DNA of 64,000 nt, taken from the human T2T-CHM13v2.0 reference genome, Homo sapiens. Under the pieces are notes generated by a model. The model searched no databases. It saw only the letters and a program-made list of their open reading frames with translations, and was not told the origin of the DNA. Location: assembly GCF_009914755.1 (NCBI RefSeq), contig NC_060933.1; one strand, written 5' to 3'. The position numbers and the translations under genes were made by a program. Shown piece by piece: positions 56,201-64,000 of this stretch (positions are counted from its first letter, which is position 1; every line of letters begins with the position of its first letter).

Positions 56201-57000
56201 CCGGAAGATTCCATTCCATTGCATTCCATTCCATTCCATTCCCCTGCACTCGGATTGATTCCATTCCATTGCATTCCATTCCATTCCATTCCATTCCATT
56301 CTGCATGATTCCATTCCATTGCCTTCCATTCCATTCCATTCCCCTGCACTCGGGTTGATTCCATTCCATTCCATTCCATTCCATTCTGTTCCATTCCATT
56401 CCATTCCATTCTATTCAGGGTAATTCCATTCCATTCCATTCCATTCCATTCCATTCCATTCCATTCCATTCCATTCCATTCCATTTCGTTCCAATCCCTT
56501 CTATTCGGAACCATTCCATTCCATTCCATTCCATTCCATTCCATTCCATTCCATTCCGTGCCATTCCATTCTGGTTGATTACATTCCTTTCCATTCCATT
56601 CGGGTTGAATACATTCCATTACATTCCATTGCATTCGAATCCATTCCATTGCACTCAGGTTGATTCCATTCCATTCCATTCCATTCCATTCCATTCCATT
56701 CCGTTCCATTCCATTTCATTACATTCAGATTGATTCTATTCAATTCCCTTACACTCCATTATATTGCAATCCATTCTGGTTGTTTCCATTCCATTCCATT
56801 CCATTTCACTCCATTCCATTGCACTCGGGTTGATTCCATTCCATTCCATTCCAATCCGGATGATTCCATTCCATTGCATTCCATTCCATTCCATTAGCCT
56901 GCACTCGGGTTGATTCCATTCCTTTCCATTCCATTCCATTCCATTCCATTCCATTCCATTGAAATCGAGTTGATTCCATTCCATTCCATTCCATTCAATT
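50300..57000 (+). repeat. More diverged HSat3 sub-domain with its own module variants
   Basis: Visibly more single-base variants and altered landmarks: CTTTCTAT..ACTCGGAATGATTCC at ~52610, 54355 and 55300 instead of CCCTCCTATTCCACTCGGAACGATTCC; TCGAGTTGAATCC at ~52769/55461; ATGAAACCCTGGTTGCTTCC at 54316. Boundaries are approximate. Confidence 0.65.
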
Positions 57001-57109
57001 CCATTCCATTCCAGTCCTTTCCATTCCTTTCACTTGGGTTGATACCATTCCATTCCATTCCATTCAATTCCATTCCATTCCAGTCCTTTCCATTCCTTTC
57101 ACTCGGGTT
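56972..57109 (+). repeat. 69-bp tandem duplication
   Basis: CCAGTCCTTTCCATTCCTTTCACT at 57011 and 57080. The - strand ORF repeats the 23-aa string MEWNGINPSERNGKDWNGMELNG. Confidence 0.88.
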
Positions 57110-57914
57110 GATTCCATTCCACTGCATTCCATTCCATTCCATTCCCCTGCACTCGGGTTGATTCCATTCCATTCCATTCCATTCCATTCCATTCCATTCC
57201 ATTCCATTCAGTTCCGTTCCATTCCATTCCATTCCATTCTATTCGTGTTAATTTCATTCCATTCCATTCGATTGCAATCGAGTTGATTCCATTCCATTCC
57301 ATTCCATTCCATTCCTTTCCGTTCCATTACGGATGATTCCATTGCATTGCATTCCTTTCCATTCCATTCCCCTGTACTCGGGTTGATTCCATTCCATTCC
57401 ATTCCAATCCATGCCATTCCACTCGTGTTGATTCCATTCTTTCCATTCCATTCAAGTTGAATCCATTCCATTGTATTCCATTCCATTCGATTCCATTCAA
57501 TTGCACTCGGGTTGATTCCATTCCATTGCATTGCATTCCATTCCATTCCATTCCATTCCATTCCATTCCATTCCGTTCCATTCCATTCCATTAAATTCGG
57601 ATTTGTTCTATTCAATTCCCTTACACTCCATTACATTCCATTCCATTCGGGTAGTTTCCATTCCATTCCATTCCATTCCTCTCCATTCCATTGCACTCGG
57701 GTTGATTCCATTACATTCCATTCCATTCCATTCCATTCCGTTCCGTTCCATTCCTTTCCATTCCATTCCATTCCATTCTATTCGGGTTAATTCCATTCCA
57801 TTCCATTCCATTCCATTCCATTCCATTCCATTCCAATCGAGTTGATTCCATTCCATTCCATTCGATTCCATTCCATTCCATTCCACTCCATTCCAGTCCT
57901 TTCCATTCCATTCC

Positions 57915-60900
57915 ACTCGGGTTGATTCCATTGTATTCCTTTCCTTTCCATTCCATTCCATTGCAATCGAGTTGATTCCATTGCTTTGAATTCCGTTCCA
58001 TTCCATTCTATTCCGGATGATTCCATTCCATTGCATTCCATTCCATTCCATTCCCCTGCACTCGGGTTGATTCCTTTCCATTCCACTCCATTCCATTCCA
58101 TTCCATTGTATTCGGGTTAATTCCATTCCATTCCATTCCATTCCATTTAATTCCTTTCCATTACAATCGAGTTTATTCCATTCCATTCCGTTCCATTCCA
58201 TTCCATTCCATTCCAGTCCTTTCCATTCCATTCCACTCGGATTGATTCCATTCTATTAGTTTCCATTCAATTGCATTCCCTTCCATTCCCCTCTGGTTGA
58301 TTCCTTTCCTTTCCATTCCACTCGAATACATTCCTTCCTATTCCACTCGGAACGATTCCATTCCATTCCATTCCATTCAATTCCATTCCATTCCATTCCA
58401 TTTCGTTCCATTCCATTCTATTCCGTAGCATTCCATTCCATTCCATTCCATTCCACTCGTGTTGATTCCATTCCTTTCCATTCCATTCGGTTTGAAGGCA
58501 TTCCATTCCATTCAATTCCATTCCATTCCATTCCATTCTATTCCATTCCATTCCATTCCATTCCATTCCATTCCATTGTACTCGGGTTGATTCCATTCCA
58601 TTGCATTCCATTCCATTCCATTCCATTCCATTCCATTCCGTTGCGTTCCATTCCATTACATTCGGATTGATTCTATTCAACTCCCTTACTCTCCATTACA
58701 TTACATTCCATTCGGGTTGTTCCATTCCATTCCATTCCATTCCACTCCATTCCATTGCAGTTGGGTTGATTCCATTCCATTCCATTCCATTCCATTCCAG
58801 ATGATTCCATTCCATTGCATTCCGTTCCATTACATTCCCCTGCACTCGCGTTGATTCCATTCCATTCCATTGCATTCCATTCATTTGCATTCCATTACAA
58901 TTCGTTCCATTCCATTCCGTTCCGTTCCATTCCATTCCATTCCATTCCATTCCATTCCGTTCCGTTCCGTTCCATTCCATTCCATTCCATTGCATTCCAT
59001 TCCATTCCATTCCGTTCCATTCCATTCCTTTCCATTCCATTCCACTCGTGTTGATTCCATTTTATTCCTTTCCATTCCATTCCATTCCATTGCAATCGAG
59101 TTGATTCCATTGCTTTGCATTCCGTTCCATTCCATTCCATTCCGGATGATTCCATTCCATTGCATTCCATTCCATTCCATTCCCCTGCACTCGGGTTGAT
59201 TCCATTCCATTCCACTCCATTCCATTCCATTCCATTGTATTCGGGTTAATTCCATTCCATTCCATTCCATTCCATTCCATTTCATTCCTTTCCATTACAA
59301 TCGAGTTGATTCCATTCCATTCCATTTCATTCCATTCCATTCCATTCCAGTCCTTTCCATTCCATTCCACTCGGGTTGATTCCATTCTGTTAGTTTCCAT
59401 TCCATTCCATTCCCTTCCATTCCACTCTGGTTGATTCCTTTCCTTTCCATTCCACTCGTATACATTCCCTCCTATTCCACTCGGAACGATTCCATTCCAT
59501 TCCATTCCATTAAATTCCATTCCATTCCATTCCATTCCATTTCGTTCCATTCCATTCTATTCCGTACCATTCCATTCCATTCCATTGCATTCCATTCCAT
59601 TGCATTCCACTCGTGTTGATTCCATTCCTTTCCATTCCATTCGGTTTGAAGGCATTCCATTCCATTCAATTCCATTCCATTCCAATCCATTCCATTCCAT
59701 TCCTTTCCATTCCATTCCATTCCATTGTACTCGGGTTGATTCCATTCCATTGCATTCCATTCCATTCCATTCCATTCCATTCCATTCCATTCCGTTGCGT
59801 TCCATTCTATTACATTCGGATTGATTCTACTCAACTCCCTTACTCTCCATTACATTCCATTCCATTCGGGTTGTTCCATTCCATTCCATTCCATTCCACT
59901 CCATTCCACTGCACTCGGGTTGATTCCATTCCATTCCATTCCATTCCGTTCCATTCCATTCCATTCCGGATGATTCCATTCCATTGCACTCCGTTCCATT
60001 AAATTCCCCTGCACTCGCGTTGATTCCATTCCATTCCATTGCATTCCATTCAATTCCATTCCATTACAATTCGTTCCATTCCATTCTATTCCGTACCACT
60101 CCATTCCATTCCATGCCATTCCATTCCATTCCATTCCATTCCATTCCCTTCCATTCCGTTCCATTCCATTCCTTTCCATTCCATTCCACTCGGCTTGATT
60201 CCATTTTATTCCTTTCCATTCCATTCCATTCCATTGCAATCGAGTTGATTCCATTGCTTTGCATTCCGTTCCATTCCATTCCATTCCGGATGATTCCATT
60301 CCATTGCATTCCATTCCATTCCATTCCCCTGCACTCGGGTTGATTCCATTCCATTCCACTCCATTCCATTCCATTCCATTGTATTCGGGTTAATTCCATT
60401 CCATTGCATTCCATTCCATTCCATTTCATTCCTTTCCATTACAATCGAGTTGATTCCATTCCATTCCATTTCATTCCATTCCATTCCATTCCAGTCCTTT
60501 CCATTCCATTCCACTCGGGTTGATTCCATTCTATTAGTTTCCATTCCATTCCATTCCCTTCCATTCCACTCTGGTTGATTCCTTTCCTTTCCATTCCACT
60601 CGTATATATTCCCTCCTATTCCACTCGGAACGATTCCATTCCATTCCATTCCATTAAATTCCATTCCATTCCATTCCATTTCGTTCCATTCCATTCTATT
60701 CCGTACCATTCCATTCCATTCCATTCCATTCCATTCCATTGCATTCCACTCGTGTTGATTCCATTCCTTTCCATTCCATTCGGTTTGAAGGCATTCCATT
60801 CCATTCAATTCCATTCCATTCCATTCCATTCCATTCCATTCCATTCCATTCCATTGTACTCGGGTTGATTCCATTCCATTGCATTCCATTCCATTCCATT

Positions 60901-61305
60901 CCATTCCATTCCGTTGCGTTCCATTCTATTACATTCGGATTGATTCTACTCAACTCCCTTACTCTCCATTACATTCCATTCCATTCGGGTTGTTCCATTC
61001 CATTCCATTCCATTCCACTCCATTCCACTGCACTCGGGTTGATTCCATTCCATTCCATTCCATTCCATTCCATTCCATTCCATTCCGGATGATTCCATTC
61101 CATTGCATTCCGTTCCATTAAATTCCCCTGCACTCGCGTTGATTCCATTCCATTCCATTGCATTCCATTCAATTCCATTCCATTACAATTCGTTCCATTC
61201 CATTCTATTCCGTACCATTCCATTCCATTCCATGTCATTCCATTCCATTCCATTCCATTCCATTCCATTCCCTTCCATTCCGTTCCATTCCATTCCATTC
61301 CTTTC
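57915..61305 (+). repeat. Three tandem copies of a ~1.13-1.14-kb unit (starts ~57915, 59044, 60188)
   Basis: Shared by all three copies: GATTCCTTTCCTTTCC (58299/59433/60577), CGGTTTGAAGGC (58488/59642/60781), CCGTTGCGTTCC (58638/59792/60911). Shared by copies 2 and 3 only: CCATTTTATTCC, CACTCGTATA, GATTCTACTCAAC, CCATTAAATTCCCC. Confidence 0.9.
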
Positions 61306-62165
61306 TATTCGGGTTAATTCCATTCCATTCCATTCCATTCCATTGCAATCGAGTTGAATTCATTTCATTTCATTCTATTCCATTCCATTCCATTCCATTC
61401 CGGAAGATTCCATTCCATTGCATTCCATTCCATTCCATTCCCCTGCACTCGCGTTGATTCCATTCCATTCAATTCCATTCCATTCCATTCCATTCCATTC
61501 CGTTCCGTTCCATTCCATTCCATTCCATTCCATTCCGTTCCGTTCCATTCCATTCCATTCCATTCTATTCGGGTTAATTCTATTCCATTCCATTCGATTG
61601 CAATCGAGTTGATTCCATTCCATTCCATTCCATTCCATTCCTTTCCATTCCATTACGTATGATTCCATTCCATTGCATTCCATTCCATTCCATTCCCCTG
61701 CACTCGCGTTGATTCCATTCCATTCCATTCCATTCCGTTCCATTCCGTCCCATTCCGTTCCGTTCCATTCCATTCCATTCCATTCCATTCCATTCCGGAA
61801 GATTCCATTCCATTGCATTCCATTCCATTCCATTCCCCTGCACTCGCGTTGATTCCATTCCATTCCATTCCATTCCATTCCATTCCATTCCATTCCGTTC
61901 CGTTCCATTCCATTCCGTTCCATTCCATTCCATTCCGTTCCGTTCCATTCCATTCCATTCCATTCTATTCGGGTTAATTCCATTCCATTCCATTCGATTG
62001 CAATCGAGTTGATTCCATTCCATTCCATTCCATTCCATTCCATTCCTTTCCATTCCATTCCTTTCCATTCCATTACAGATGATTCCATTCCATTGCATTC
62101 CATTCCATTCCATTCCCGTGCACTCGCGTTGATTCCATTCCATTCCATTCCATTCCGTTCCATTC

Positions 62166-62245
62166 CGTTCCGTTCCGTTCCGTTCCGTTCCATTCCATTC
62201 CATTCCATTCCGTTCCGTTCCGTTCCGTTCCGTTCCGTTCCGTTC
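62166..62245 (+). repeat. CpG-rich variant-pentamer runs (CGTTC)5 and (CGTTC)7
   Basis: Read directly at 62166-62190 and 62211-62245. The latter is the longest CGTTC run I noticed. Confidence 0.88.
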
Positions 62246-64000
62246 CATTCCATTCCATTCTATTCAGGTTAATTCCATTCCATTCCATTCTATTGCAATC
62301 GAGTGGATTCCATTCCATTCCATTCCATTCCATTCCATTCCTTTCCATTCCAATACGGATGATTCCATTCCATTGCATTCCATTCCATTCCATTCCCCTG
62401 TGCTCCAGTTGATTCCATTCCATTCCATTCCAATCCATGCCATTCCACTCGTGTTGCTTCCATTCTTTCCATTCCATTCAAGATGAATCCATTCCATTGC
62501 ATTCCATTCCATTCGATTCCATTCGATTGCACTCGGGTTGATTCCATTCCATTTCATTCCATTCCATTCCATTCCATTCCATTCCATTCCATTCCGTTCC
62601 ATTCCATTCCATTACATACGGATTGATTCTATTCAATTCCCTTACACTCCATTCCATTCCATTCCATTCCATTCCGGTACTTTCCATTCCATTCCATTCC
62701 ATTCCATTCCTCTCCATTCCTTTGCACTCGAGTTGATTCCATTCCATTGCATTCCATTCCATTCCATTCAATTACATTGGGTTCCATTCCATTCCATTAC
62801 ATTCGGATTGATTCTATTCAACTCCCTTACTCTCCAATACATTCCATTCCATTCGGGTTGTTCCATTCCATTCCATTCCATTCCACTCCATTCCATTGCA
62901 CTCGGGTTGATTCCAATCCATTCCATTCCATTCCATTCCATTCCATTCCATTCCACTCCATTCCGGATGATTCCATTCCATTGCATTCCGTTCCATTACA
63001 TTCCCCTGCACTCGGGTTGATTCCATTCCATTCCATTCCATTCCATTCCATTCCATTCCATTCCAATTCTTTCCATTCTATTGTATTCCGTACCATTCCA
63101 TTCCATTGCATACAATTCCATTCCATTCCATTCCATTCCATTCCATTCCGTTCCGTTCCGTTCCGTTCCGTTCCATTCCATTCCATTCCATTCTATTCGG
63201 GTTAATTCCATTCCATTCCATTCGATTGCAATCGAGTTGATTCCATTCCATTCCATTCCACTCCATTCCATTCCATTCCATTCAATTCCACTCCATTCCA
63301 TTCCTTTCCATTACATTACGGATGATTCCATTCCATTGCATTCCATTCCATTCCATTCCCCTGTACTCGGGTTGATTCCATTCCATTCCATTCCAATCCA
63401 TGCCATTCCACTCGTGTTGGTTCCATTCTTTCCATTCCATTCAAGTTGAATCCATTCCATTGCATTCCATTCCATTCGATTCCATTCGATTGCACTCGGG
63501 TTGATTCCATTCCATTCCATTCCATTCCATTCCATTCCATTCCATTCCGTTCCATTCCATTCCATTACATTCGGATTGATTCTATTCAATTCCCTTACAC
63601 TCCATTACATTCCATTCCATTCGGGTAGTTTCCATTCCATTCCATTCCATTCCTCTCCATTCCATTGCACTCGGGTTGATTCCATTCCATTCCATTCCAT
63701 TCCATTCCATTCCATTCCGTATGATTCCATTCCATTGAATTCCATTCCATTCCATTCCCCTGCACTTGGGTTGATTCCATTCCATTGCATTCCATTCCTT
63801 TCTGTTCCATTCCATTCCATTCCATTCCATTCTATTCGTGTTAATTCCATTCATTCTATTCCATTCCATTCCATTGAAATCGAGTTGATTCCATTCCATT
63901 CCATTCCATTTCATTCCATTCCATTCTATTCCATTCCGGATGATTCCATTCCATTGCATTCCATTCCATTCCATTCCCCTGCACTCGGGTTGATTCCATT

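Larger units (their letters stand above)
1..64000 (+). repeat. Satellite III (HSat3) array, (CATTC)n C-rich strand on +, (GGAAT)n on -; pericentromeric or acrocentric heterochromatin type
   Basis: Seen: CATTC pentamer dominates from base 1 to 64000, interrupted by ACTCGGGTTG/ACTCGCGTTG/ACTCGTGTTG followed by ATTCC, giving dense HinfI GATTC sites. Established: CAAC(C/A)CGAGT interruptions of GGAAT runs are the hallmark of HSat3, whereas HSat2 is dominated by CATTCGATTC-type 23/26-bp units. The array extends beyond both window ends. Confidence 0.97.

Noticed and set aside
33875-57713. DUX4-like TGATTCCATTA matches (~33875, 51027, 53035, 57703)
   Set aside because: Only a few degenerate matches, each one substitution away from the background repeat, as expected by chance.
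131-63974. Hundreds of ORFs on both strands (MEWNG... and IPFHS...), up to 402 aa
   Set aside because: (CATTC)n and (GGAAT)n contain no stop codon in any frame, so long overlapping ORFs arise automatically. There is no domain content, codon structure or gene context.
1-64000. CRISPR-like repeat/spacer pattern (conserved motifs separated by spacers)
   Set aside because: The spacers are themselves CATTC repeats, not unique sequences. There is no leader or cas gene.
1-64000. HSat2, alpha satellite, telomeric repeat or SCA31-type expansion as the identity
   Set aside because: CATTCGATTC occurs only sporadically, there is no 171-bp monomer, CENP-B box or TTAGGG, and the array is far longer and more landmark-interrupted than a genic pentanucleotide expansion.
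1-64000. Annotating a Sat III lncRNA gene
   Set aside because: Sat III transcription is known in general, but no start site, terminator or expression of this particular array can be read from the sequence.

Overview
The whole 64-kb window is one uninterrupted array of primate, human-type Satellite III (HSat3, classical satellite 3). The + strand is (CATTC)n and the - strand is (GGAAT)n, punctuated every ~50-100 bp by diagnostic variant motifs such as ACTCGGGTTG (CAACCCGAGT on the G-rich strand). I saw no strand inversion, transposon insertion, unique-sequence island, RNA gene or credible protein-coding gene. All listed ORFs are MEWNG/IPFHS pentapeptide read-throughs of the stop-free pentamer. 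The real structure is internal. (i) A small vocabulary of fixed-length landmark modules is separated by length-variable CATTC tracts. (ii) Shared private variants reveal nested duplications with tandem units of 50, 69, 85, 409, ~1140 and ~3300 bp, and dispersed offsets of ~0.24, 2.0, 2.9, 3.3, 6.2-6.9 and 10 kb, suggesting an eroded ~3.3-kb higher-order unit. (iii) A more diverged sub-domain lies at ~50-57 kb. (iv) One recurrent variant, ATTCCGGAAGATTCC, forms a perfect three-unit heat-shock element about 40 times. I found no evidence of a novel gene-encoded system. All counts and offsets are manual readings, and chromosome, subfamily and species cannot be fixed without a search.
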